The notes under the pieces: generated by a model
Databases searched by the model: none
What the model was told of the DNA's origin: nothing
Seen by the model: the letters and a program-made list of their open reading frames with translations, nothing else
Position numbers and translations under genes: made by a program
Assembly: GCA_963818475.1 (NCBI GenBank)
Contig: CAWFSF010000005.1
Coordinates: 576,001 to 640,000 of the forward strand
Direction of reading: 5' to 3'
DNA: 64,000 nucleotides
Source of the DNA: Nitrospirota bacterium
Lineage (GTDB): Bacteria; Nitrospirota; UBA9217
Shown here: one piece after another, positions 44,421 to 53,059 of the stretch
Layout: every line of letters starts with the position of its first letter
How positions within the stretch are numbered: the first letter of the stretch is position 1

Positions 44421-47201
44421 CTACAGGTTTCCCGCGCATCTGCCGCAAAGCTCAGGATGGTCCTTCACCGCGCCCACGGTCTCGCTGTACATCCAGCACC
44501 GGCCGCACTTCACGCCTTGTGCCGGGCCGGCCGCGATCCGGAGCCCTTTCACGGTCTCGCTCGCATAGGCGTCTGTTGGAGCGTCGGCTTCGTTCGCGAT
44601 CGTCACCGAGGAAACAATGAAAATGAACGCCAGGTCGTTCGCATAGCTGTTCAGGAAGGCCGCAAGCTCCGGTGCTGCGTAGAGCGTGACCGCGGCATCC
44701 AGGGAGTGGCCGATCTTCTTGTCGCGCCGGAGCGCCTCGAGCACCTTGGCTGCTTCGCCGCGCACCGCAAGGATCCGGTCCCAGCGCTCGGCGAGCGCGG
44801 GATCCAGGTATTTTTTCTCGACCACGGGAAAGGACGCGAGGAACACGCTCTTGGCGACCGAGCTTTCCTTCATATAGCCCCAGACCTCGTCTGCCGTGAA
44901 CGAGAGCACCGGCGCCATGAGCCGCACCATGGACGAAAGGATGGCATGCATCGTGGTCTGGCCCGAGCGGCGTTCCGAAGACTTTGTTTTCGCCGTATAC
45001 AGACGGTCTTTCAGGATATCGAGGTAGAAGGAGCTCATATCCACGGCGCAGAAATTATGGAGCGAGTGGAACACGACATGGAACTCGAAGTCATCATAGG
45101 CCTTTTCCACGCGCTGCACCAGCAGCTGCAGCCGATGCAAGGCCCATCGGTCGATCTCGAGCAGGTCAGCATCGGCGACCTTGTCGGCAGAAGGATCGAA
45201 GTCGGACAGGTTGCCGAGCAGGTAGCGGCTGGTGTTCCTGATCCTGCGGTACGCTTCCGCCAGATGCGTCAGGATCTCCTGCGAGATCCTGATGTCGTCG
45301 CGGTAGTCCGCCGCCGACACCCAGAGCCTGAGCACCTCGGCGCCGTACTTGTCGATCACCTCCTGCGGCGCGACCACGTTGCCCGAGGACTTGCTCATCT
45401 TCTTGCCCGAACCGTCCACGGTAAATCCATGCGTCAGCACGGTCCGATAGGGGGCCTGGCCCGTTGTCGCGACCGAGGTGAGCAAGGACGACTGGAACCA
45501 TCCCCGGTGCTGATCGCTGCCTTCGAGATACATATCAGCAGGCCAGGAGAGCTCCTTGCGCTGCCGGAGCACCGCCGCATGGCTCACACCGGAATCGAAC
45601 CACACATCAAGGATGTCCATCTCCTTGGCAAGCTCCCTGCTGCCGCACTTCTTGCATGACGTGCCCGCGGGAAGCAGTTCCGCCGGTGTCCGGACGAACC
45701 AGGCGTCGGCACCCTCTTTCTCGACAATGTCCGCAACATGGTCCACGACCTTCTGGTCGAGCAGCAGTTCGTTGCACTGAGTGCAGGTAAAAGCGATGAT
45801 CGGCACGCCCCAGGCCCGCTGGCGCGAGATGCACCAGTCCGGCCGGTTCTCCATCATGCCGAGGATGCGGTCCTTGCCCCAGGTCGGAACCCAGTTCACG
45901 GTCTGGATGTTCTCCAGGGTCTTTTTGTGGAGGTCGTTCGTCTTCATCGAGATGAACCACTGCTCCGTGGCGCGGAAGATCACCGGGTTTTTGCAGCGCC
46001 AGCAGTGCGGATAGGAGTGCGATATCTTCTCCTCGGCCATAAGCGCGTTTTTAGCCGCGAGCAGTTCGATGATCCCCTTGTTCGCCTTGAACACGTACTG
46101 TCCCGCGAAATCGCCCGCCTCTTTCGTGAACACGCCTTTATGGTCAACAGGGGCATAGATGTCGAGGCCGTACTGCAGCCCTGCCTCGTAGTCCTCCTGT
46201 CCATGGCCCGGCGCCGTATGCACCGCGCCGGTCCCTGCCTCGAGGGTCACATGATGGCCCGTGATCACGAGGGAATCGCGCTCGATGAACGGGTGGCGCG
46301 CTTTCAGCCCTTCGAGCTTTTTGCCTTTGAACTTCTCGATGACCTTGTGGCTTTTCACACCAAATTTTTCGAGCGACTGCTGCAGAAGCCCTTCAGCAAG
46401 GATCAGCACCTCTGTGCCGGCCTCGACGGCAACATAGTCGAATTCGGGATGGAGCGCGACAGCCAGGTTCGCGATCAGCGTCCAGGGCGTCGTGGTCCAG
46501 ATGACGATCGATACTTTTTTCCCTTTGAGCGACGGCAGCGCCTTCTCCGCTTCAGGCAGAGCGAAGCGCACATATACCGACGGCGACTCGTGGTCCGCGT
46601 ACTCCACCTCGGCCTCGGCCAGCGCGGTCTCGCAGGAGCCGCACCAGTAGACTGGCTTCTTGCCCTTGTACACGCCCTTGTTCCCGACGAACTTGCCGAA
46701 CTCTCGCACAATGGCTGCCTCATAAGCAAAGTTCATCGTAAGGTAGGGATGGTCCCAGTCGCCGAACACGCCGAGCCGCTTGAACTCCTCGCGCTGGATG
46801 TCGATGAACTTCTCGGCATATTCGCGGCAAAGCTTGCGGATCTCGTTCTGGCTCATACTCTCTTTTTTGGAGCCGAGGTTCTTCAGCACCTGGTGCTCGA
46901 TCGGCAGACCATGGCAGTCCCAGCCCGGCACGTAGGGGCTCTTGTAGCCGCTCATGGACTTGAACTTGACGATGACGTCCTTCAGGATCTTGTTCAGCGC
47001 ATGGCCGATGTGGATATGACCGTTGGCGTAGGGCGGTCCGTCGTGCAGGATGTAGTTCTTCCTGTCTTTGGCCTGCTCCAGCATGAGATCGTAGGTCTTT
47101 TCCTGCTGCCACTTCCCGATCATGCGCGGCTCAAGGTCCTTGAGGTTCGCCTTCATCGGGAAATCGGTCTTTGGCAAATTCAATGTTGTCTTATAATCCA
47201 T
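44421..47201 (-). CDS. ileS: Isoleucyl-tRNA synthetase
   Basis: HIGH, GWDCHGLP, EGSDQHRGWF, KMSKS and C-terminal C.RC zinc finger. Confidence 0.98.
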   Translation of the reverse strand: MDYKTTLNLPKTDFPMKANLKDLEPRMIGKWQQEKTYDLMLEQAKDRKNYILHDGPPYANGHIHIGHALNKILKDVIVKFKSMSGYKSPYVPGWDCHGLPIEHQVLKNLGSKKESMSQNEIRKLCREYAEKFIDIQREEFKRLGVFGDWDHPYLTMNFAYEAAIVREFGKFVGNKGVYKGKKPVYWCGSCETALAEAEVEYADHESPSVYVRFALPEAEKALPSLKGKKVSIVIWTTTPWTLIANLAVALHPEFDYVAVEAGTEVLILAEGLLQQSLEKFGVKSHKVIEKFKGKKLEGLKARHPFIERDSLVITGHHVTLEAGTGAVHTAPGHGQEDYEAGLQYGLDIYAPVDHKGVFTKEAGDFAGQYVFKANKGIIELLAAKNALMAEEKISHSYPHCWRCKNPVIFRATEQWFISMKTNDLHKKTLENIQTVNWVPTWGKDRILGMMENRPDWCISRQRAWGVPIIAFTCTQCNELLLDQKVVDHVADIVEKEGADAWFVRTPAELLPAGTSCKKCGSRELAKEMDILDVWFDSGVSHAAVLRQRKELSWPADMYLEGSDQHRGWFQSSLLTSVATTGQAPYRTVLTHGFTVDGSGKKMSKSSGNVVAPQEVIDKYGAEVLRLWVSAADYRDDIRISQEILTHLAEAYRRIRNTSRYLLGNLSDFDPSADKVADADLLEIDRWALHRLQLLVQRVEKAYDDFEFHVVFHSLHNFCAVDMSSFYLDILKDRLYTAKTKSSERRSGQTTMHAILSSMVRLMAPVLSFTADEVWGYMKESSVAKSVFLASFPVVEKKYLDPALAERWDRILAVRGEAAKVLEALRRDKKIGHSLDAAVTLYAAPELAAFLNSYANDLAFIFIVSSVTIANEADAPTDAYASETVKGLRIAAGPAQGVKCGRCWMYSETVGAVKDHPELCGRCAGNL

Positions 47202-47220
47202 TCAGGTTCCTTCCGCTTCA

Positions 47221-47256
47221 AAATCCGCAATCCGCAATCCGAAATTCGCAATCGCA
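47221..47256. repeat. Heptamer repeat aatccgc/aatccga/aattcgc
   Basis: aaatccgcaatccgcaatccgaaattcgcaatcgca. Confidence 0.8.
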
Positions 47257-47268
47257 GTAGTTGATCGT

Positions 47269-49743
47269 TTAGTCTTCCGCCTCTTCCTGTTTTTTCTTGA
47301 CCGGCGCTGCCTCTTCACCCTGGTCGAGCAAATAGAACTGGCCGGCCTTCGGGCTGTTATTCACGTCAGCAAACTGAGTCGGTTCCGTGCCCTTGCGGAA
47401 CACATCGTTGACGGCATCGGCGGCGTCTTCACGCGCCAAAAGCCCGCTCGCGGGATCGATTTTCACGAATACCACATCCTCGGGCGCCGCAAAATCCTCG
47501 GCCGGTTTGCCCGCCAGCGCCCGGGCCATGACCGGGACCCAGATCGGGAGCGCCGCGCGGCCGCCGGTCTCCTTGTCGCCCAGGGACGCCTGGGAATTGT
47601 CATACCCGACCCACACACCGGTCACCATGCTCGTCGCGTAGCCCACGAACCAGGCATCCACATAGTTGTTCGTAGTGCCGGTCTTGCCTGCCAGCGGCTT
47701 TCCAATCACTGTTGCCCCGCGCCCCGTGCCTTCTTCCACCACGCTTTTTAAGAGGCTCGTGACCAGGTAGGCCGTGGTCGGATCAAGGGCCTCCTTGGGC
47801 TCAGGCTCGTAACTTTCGAGCACAACGCCATTCCCGTCGACAATGCTCTTGATGATGATCGGCGCCGCGCGCACCCCCTGGGAAGCGAAAGTCGCATAGG
47901 CTGAGGTGAGTTCCAGCGGCGTCACCGCCGATGAACCAAGGGCGGTCGTGAAATCGTAGCTGATCGAGCTCGTGATGCCGGCCTTCCGTGCGAAATCAAT
48001 GGTCTTATCCAGCCCGATCTCTTCAAGCAGACCGACGGTCACTGCGTTCCGCGACAGGGCCAATGCTGTTCTCATCCGCATGGGGCCCATGAACCGATCG
48101 TCGTAGTTCGTCGGCTTCCAGGTCTTCTTCTCGAACTCGCTCTTCTCGTGGATCACCGGCAGATCCATGAGGATCGAGGCCGGCGTGAACCCGTTCTCGA
48201 GCGCAGCGCCGTAAATAAAGGGCTTGAAGGAAGAACCGGGCTGGCGCATTGCTTCGGTGGCATGGTTGAAGCCGCCTTCCACAAAATCATACCCGCCGAC
48301 CAAGGCCCGCACGTAACCCGTATAGGGTTCGATGGAAACCACGGCGCCCTCGACGAGCGGCGTCTGATCGAGGACGAACGTTGCCAGCTGTTTCTTTTTG
48401 TCAAAGTCCTTCAAGCGGACCTTGACGATGTCCCCGGGCTGAAGGATCTCCTTGGGCTTCTTGAACTCGTCAGGATTGTACTGGTTCTTTTTGGGCTTGA
48501 CGAGCGCCCAGGCCATGCTGTCCTGCATGATGTAGCCGATCATGCCGCGTCCCTTGACCGTAATATAGTAATCGCCGACCTCGAGTACCTGGGCGTTGAA
48601 GATCTCGCCGGGTTTCACCATCACCCGGATCGCGCTCACCTGGAGAGCGTTGGGTTTAAGCGCCTTAAAACCCACCTTGCCGCGGAATCCCTGACGCTTG
48701 TCGAGGGCGCGCAATCCTTCTTTGAGCGAGGTCATGGCAGCGCGCTGCAGGTCCATATCAATGGCGGTATAGACCTTGATCCCGCCTTCATAGAGCCGGT
48801 CTGCGCCGTATTTGGCCTCGACATACTTGCGAACGTAGTCGACCACATGCGGCGCCGGATCTTCCTGCGCACGCAGGTTCTCCAGGCTCAGCGGCTGGTC
48901 ATAGATCTTCGTGCTCTGTTCCTCCGTAAGGTATTTCTCGTCTACCATGCGCTGCAGCACCTGGCGCTGGCGGAGCTTCGTCAGGTCCACATCGCTGTAG
49001 GGCGAATAGACCATGGGCGCCTTGGGCAGGCCGGCGAGGAGCGCGGCCTCGGCCTGGTTGATCTCCCAGATGTTCTTGCCGAAATACGTTTTGGCCGCCA
49101 TCTGCACGCCGTAGGCGCCGTGGCCAAAATAAACCTTGTTGAAATAGAGCTCAAGGATCTCGTCCTTCGAGATCTCCTTCTCAAGCCGACGGGCAAGGAT
49201 CACTTCCTTGATCTTGCGCGTAAAGCTCCGCTCCGACGAGAGGAACACCACCTTGGTGAGCTGCTGCGTGATCGTGCTGCCGCCCTGTTTGAGCCTGACC
49301 GCAATGATGTCCTTGAGCGCAGCGCGCAGGATGCCGCGATAGTCAAGGCCCGTGTGCTGGTAGAACCGCGGGTCCTCGGTGGCAAGCAGCGCGTCCTTCA
49401 GGAACTTCGGGATGCGCGAAAGCGGCACATAGGTGCCCTTCTCGATCTTGATCTGGCCGAGCACCCGCCCGTCCTCGGCCAGGATGACCGTGCCGGCGCT
49501 CGGCTTGTAGTCCTTGAGCGATTCAACGGTCGGCAGTCCGAAGGAGAAGAAGAAGAACATAAGCGCGACCAGAAGAACACCGGCGACGAAGGCGATCCCT
49601 AAGAGCTTCAATGCTTTTTTGGGTGTAAAGGCATTGATCCAGGGCACCGCGACCGTGAACCAGAACGCTTTGAATTTCTCCCGGGCGGACAAGGCGAACT
49701 TCTTTATAGATTCAATGATTTCCATGAACTTTTGTTTCAACAT
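47269..49743 (-). CDS. mrcA: Penicillin-binding protein 1A
   Basis: EDPRFY.H, GGSTITQQL, SSFK, SRN and KTGT motifs. Confidence 0.93.
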   Translation of the reverse strand: MLKQKFMEIIESIKKFALSAREKFKAFWFTVAVPWINAFTPKKALKLLGIAFVAGVLLVALMFFFFSFGLPTVESLKDYKPSAGTVILAEDGRVLGQIKIEKGTYVPLSRIPKFLKDALLATEDPRFYQHTGLDYRGILRAALKDIIAVRLKQGGSTITQQLTKVVFLSSERSFTRKIKEVILARRLEKEISKDEILELYFNKVYFGHGAYGVQMAAKTYFGKNIWEINQAEAALLAGLPKAPMVYSPYSDVDLTKLRQRQVLQRMVDEKYLTEEQSTKIYDQPLSLENLRAQEDPAPHVVDYVRKYVEAKYGADRLYEGGIKVYTAIDMDLQRAAMTSLKEGLRALDKRQGFRGKVGFKALKPNALQVSAIRVMVKPGEIFNAQVLEVGDYYITVKGRGMIGYIMQDSMAWALVKPKKNQYNPDEFKKPKEILQPGDIVKVRLKDFDKKKQLATFVLDQTPLVEGAVVSIEPYTGYVRALVGGYDFVEGGFNHATEAMRQPGSSFKPFIYGAALENGFTPASILMDLPVIHEKSEFEKKTWKPTNYDDRFMGPMRMRTALALSRNAVTVGLLEEIGLDKTIDFARKAGITSSISYDFTTALGSSAVTPLELTSAYATFASQGVRAAPIIIKSIVDGNGVVLESYEPEPKEALDPTTAYLVTSLLKSVVEEGTGRGATVIGKPLAGKTGTTNNYVDAWFVGYATSMVTGVWVGYDNSQASLGDKETGGRAALPIWVPVMARALAGKPAEDFAAPEDVVFVKIDPASGLLAREDAADAVNDVFRKGTEPTQFADVNNSPKAGQFYLLDQGEEAAPVKKKQEEAED

Positions 49744-49911
49744 GAATGTAACCTCAGGATATTCCGTTTGTTTTAGGCAGTGTCGGGGATATTAGCATCT
49801 GGGCAGGATAAAATCAAACGAAAAGTTTTTTGCGACGGTGTTGCGTGGAGGCGGAAAAGGGCAAAAAGCCGTGCATGACAGGGTCGTTCCTGTACGCAGA
49901 AAAGCGCCGGA

Positions 49912-50451
49912 CTATCCTATTGCTGCAAATTCGGCCTTAAAAAATTCAAACGCTTCCTTATCTACAATGCAGAACTCGACCAGTTCGAGGGTCGTCCCGG
50001 GATTGCTTTTCAAAAAACCGACGCTCCCGTCCACCAGGATCTGTGCGCACCGGTCCTTGGGGAATCCGAAGATACCGGCGCTTATGGCAGGGATTGAGAT
50101 GCTTTTGAGCCTCTTGTCTGTGGCGAGCGCCAGCACGCTGGTGATGGCTTTTCTGAGCTTTGGATCCTCATCTCCTTCCCCCATCCTCGGCCCAACCGCG
50201 TGGATCACGAACTTCGCCTTCAGCCTTCCTGCGCCCGTGATCGCCGCCCCGCCCACGGGAACGTACCCGATCCGGTCGCTTTCGTCCTGGATGATCTGCC
50301 CGCCTTTTCGCACGATCGCGCCGGCCACTCCGCCGCCGTGCTGGAGATGAGTGTTCGCAGCATTTACAATGGCATCAACTTCGCGCTCCGTGAGATCCGC
50401 GGAAACGAGCCGCAGGGTTGTGTGGTTGACCTTCTTTTCGAGCATGTCCAT
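49912..50451 (-). CDS. Macrodomain protein (O-acetyl-ADP-ribose deacetylase family)
   Basis: AIVNAAN, HGGGVAGAI, VIHAVGP and PAISAGIFGFP motifs. Confidence 0.9.
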   Translation of the reverse strand: MDMLEKKVNHTTLRLVSADLTEREVDAIVNAANTHLQHGGGVAGAIVRKGGQIIQDESDRIGYVPVGGAAITGAGRLKAKFVIHAVGPRMGEGDEDPKLRKAITSVLALATDKRLKSISIPAISAGIFGFPKDRCAQILVDGSVGFLKSNPGTTLELVEFCIVDKEAFEFFKAEFAAIG

Positions 50452-50531
50452 GGGACTCTCCTATCCTGAAGCGTAGCAAAAAACGAACATCGGGGACGTT
50501 GTTGCTATTTGATACATGAATCTCACATGGT

Positions 50532-51500
50532 TTATTTCGACCGTTCCATAGCCTTCGTGATCGCCGACGTACCGACTCCTACATAACGGGCGATCGCAGC
50601 CGCCGACAGCCCCAGTTCGTCTCTGCCGCGCCTGGCAATGGTCGCCCTCGTACTGCTAACCTCCCTGCGCCTACCGCCGCCCTGCAATTCAAGCGGATTG
50701 ATGCCGCTCCTGCGGCACTCCTCCTCGATAATCGTTCGTATGGTTTTCCCTGCTCGCTTATGCTTGAGTTGACGCAGGTAAAGCTTTTCTGTTTCTTTCA
50801 GCACCTGGCTGACGAATTCGCCGCCGCCCAGGATGCGCTGATCAAAGTCCTCTTGCTGCCCTCTCCGTCTCATGCCCAGCACCTGCGACCATCCGCCCTG
50901 GCTCCGGAGAAGACCACCGCCGGTCAGTTCCGCGAGTTGTCCCTGACCAACGCCCTCCTGCATAAATCGGCGATATCCCTTGAGGGCCTTGCTGCGGGTG
51001 CCTCCGAATTGCGCCAGAACGTTTGCGATATCCATCCAGGGATATTCCGCCTTGCCGATGATCGCCCGGTGGCCACTCCAGGGATAGCGGTCCAGTTCCT
51101 CGATCATTTTGACGATGCCGGCCCGGATGGGATTGAGATGGATATAGCGGACAAGAGCCAGCAGGTAGTTATCTTCATCGCACAGGATGGACTTGTATCG
51201 GTTCTCAAACAGGTGACCTGTGCGCTGATGGCGTCGGTTGAAGTATTGTGCGTACCAGGTGAGGAGTTTGCGCATGACGCCGGATATGCCGTTCTTTCCG
51301 CTTTTGAAAAGGAGATGGACATGATTGTTCATGAGGACCCAGGCGTAGACACTGCTATTCCCCTCGCACACATTCAGGCCAAGTCGCTCAAGGAACAGGC
51401 GCCTGTCCTGGTCGTCCACGAAGATGTCGGTCTTATTAATTCCGCGTATCATGATGTGGTGCAAGGCACCGGGGACATCGAGTCGAGCTTGTCGTGGCAT
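50532..51500 (-). CDS. RAYT-like (TnpA-Y1) transposase with C-terminal HTH, intact
   Basis: HHIMIRG, NHVHLL (HUH), GHLFENRY, YIHLNP (catalytic Tyr), YPWS, and C-terminal LSAAAIARYVGV HTH. Confidence 0.92.
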   Translation of the reverse strand: MPRQARLDVPGALHHIMIRGINKTDIFVDDQDRRLFLERLGLNVCEGNSSVYAWVLMNNHVHLLFKSGKNGISGVMRKLLTWYAQYFNRRHQRTGHLFENRYKSILCDEDNYLLALVRYIHLNPIRAGIVKMIEELDRYPWSGHRAIIGKAEYPWMDIANVLAQFGGTRSKALKGYRRFMQEGVGQGQLAELTGGGLLRSQGGWSQVLGMRRRGQQEDFDQRILGGGEFVSQVLKETEKLYLRQLKHKRAGKTIRTIIEEECRRSGINPLELQGGGRRREVSSTRATIARRGRDELGLSAAAIARYVGVGTSAITKAMERSK

Positions 51501-51506
51501 GTCTGT

Positions 51507-51535
51507 ATACTATGGAAATGCGGGGCTACTGTCAA
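51507..51535 (-). promoter_or_regulatory. sigma70 promoter giving a probably leaderless transposase mRNA
   Basis: TTGACA-N17-TAGTAT-N6-ATG; no RBS. Confidence 0.7.
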
Positions 51536-51574
51536 GCATTATATCAATTAGCAACAACGTCCCCAAAGTTCTCC

Positions 51575-52459
51575 GATCTCTTCCGTGAGCCTGTTCCCCT
51601 CGGAGTCATAGGTATAGTTGATGCTGTTTCCAAGACTATCACTGATGCTGGCGAGATTGCTGTTGGCATCATACCCGTAGGCTATGGTGTTGCCTTCCGG
51701 CAGGGTAATATGATCGATCTTGTTCGCCCCTCCGCAGGACGTGCATCCTCCCGCGACGTAGACATATTGCGTAGGGCTGGCGTCACCTGCTGCCGTGACC
51801 GTAAGCACCCGTCCGCTATCGTCATAGGTATAGGCAGTGCTGTTGCCGTTCGGGTCAAGGACGTTTCGGGGGTTGCCGAGAGCGTCGTGGTTGCTGTAGG
51901 TCGTTGTGCCGATAATGGGCTGGGTCGTTGAGGTCAGAAACCCTGTCATGAAGTCATAGACATAGCTCGTAACGTCCGTCACATCGGTCCTGGGGCCGTC
52001 GATGCTCGTGAGCTTGCCGTTGGTATAACCATAGGTCGTGGTATAGGAGTAGGCCGTGCCGCTGCCCAGAAGCCCGGCGTCGGTCGTGGTCAGGAGATTG
52101 CCGGTGGTATTGTCATAGGTGTTGGTGACGATCTTGTTTTGATTCGGGTCGACAACGCTTGCTACGATCTCCTGGGCCACCTTGTGGAACGTGGCCGCTG
52201 TAGCTTGCGGATCGATCTCATACTGGTAGATGTACGTCGTGGTCTTCTGAATAGCAGCCCAATCACTCGGGCTGGGTTTGCTTGCCTCTGTTTTGGTCTT
52301 CAGGTTGCCGTAGGTGTCGTAGGTGAAATCAGTGGCTGATCTGAGCACAAGGACCGGCACGGACACCGTTCCCGTGTTTTCCCAGTATTCTTCGCGGGTG
52401 ATTTTTGTCAGGGCATTCCGGGTATAGATTATGACATTGCCCCGGGAGTCGGTCTCTTT
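51575..52459 (-). pseudogene. Internal Rhs/YD fragment (KETD...EEI), truncated at both ends
   Basis: Paralogous to about 60002-60886 of the full Rhs. Confidence 0.9.
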
Positions 52460-52632
52460 AGGAATCGGAGGAATTTATTGTAGTCGGCAGTTTCTCTGAA
52501 GATCTGCTGGCGCTGGTTCCCCCCCGCGTAATCACGTGGTAGAAGGCACCTTCAAACTCGATGCGGGGTTTCCGTGGCATGCGGAGAGACAATCACTCGA
52601 AGGGGAGAATGTCAATTCTAAAGTCTGACCCC
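52460..52632 (-). mobile_element. RAYT-like transposase 5' stub with GGGGTCAGAC terminus (copy 1)
   Basis: MPRKPRIEFEGAFYHVITRG.. start; near-identical to 56053-56223. Confidence 0.85.
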
Positions 52633-52680
52633 AATACCTCCCAATACCTCCCGGCGACGGGATGATTCGGGGAACTCCAG

Positions 52681-53028
52681 CTATTTTAATTCTCGTTGAA
52701 GCATTGCTTTCTTGTAGGTTACCTCAATATAGCCATCTATTAAGTACAGTCTAAAGCAGCCACCGTTCTTACACTTCTTTGCGTAACCATTGCTTATATT
52801 ACCAGCGCCGATATTATCTTTAAGTTCAGCTAAATCACAATTGATGGATATTGTATTTACTTCCTTAAAAACAAGTTTGTGATATACCCTTTTTGTTGCG
52901 TCGTCGGAATCAGGATAAACATATACTTCAACAGTCATATTCTGCAACATGCGTTTCCTGTCACTGAATGCCAGCGAAATGCCGTACAGTACTCCATCAT
53001 GCCAGACAATATCATCAATTGTTTTCAC
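52681..53028 (-). CDS. Cytoplasmic putative immunity protein (Imm50-like WHD motif)
   Basis: AT-rich; AAGGAG RBS + GTG; follows the orphan Rhs tip; no signal peptide. Confidence 0.65.
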   Translation of the reverse strand: MKTIDDIVWHDGVLYGISLAFSDRKRMLQNMTVEVYVYPDSDDATKRVYHKLVFKEVNTISINCDLAELKDNIGAGNISNGYAKKCKNGGCFRLYLIDGYIEVTYKKAMLQRELK

Positions 53029-53059
53029 AAGCTCTCCTTAACACTTCTGTCTTAGCTCT

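Larger units (their letters stand above)
50492..51564 (-). mobile_element. HUH/Y1 transposase element bounded by 23-bp inverted repeats
   Basis: GGGGACGTTGTTGCTATTTGATA (50492-50514) vs reverse complement of 51542-51564, one mismatch; no target duplication. Confidence 0.85.

Noticed and set aside
44319-49602. Long + strand ORFs (446, 508, 484 aa) and similar antisense ORFs elsewhere
   Set aside because: Shadows of ileS, PBP1A and other GC-rich genes, with no protein motifs.
49912-50451. Macrodomain as part of the toxin defence island
   Set aside because: It lies outside the element IR, has backbone-like composition, and no ADP-ribosyltransferase tip is present.
50492-51564. IS200/IS605 element with TnpB or omega RNA
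   Set aside because: No tnpB/iscB ORF; the protein is long with RAYT motifs and an HTH; the ends are linear IRs.
52515-52530. Phase-variable C-run switching the stub into the Rhs frame
   Set aside because: With 6 or 7 C the shifted frames hit TAA at or before the junction, so no run length gives a fusion; homopolymer error is likelier.
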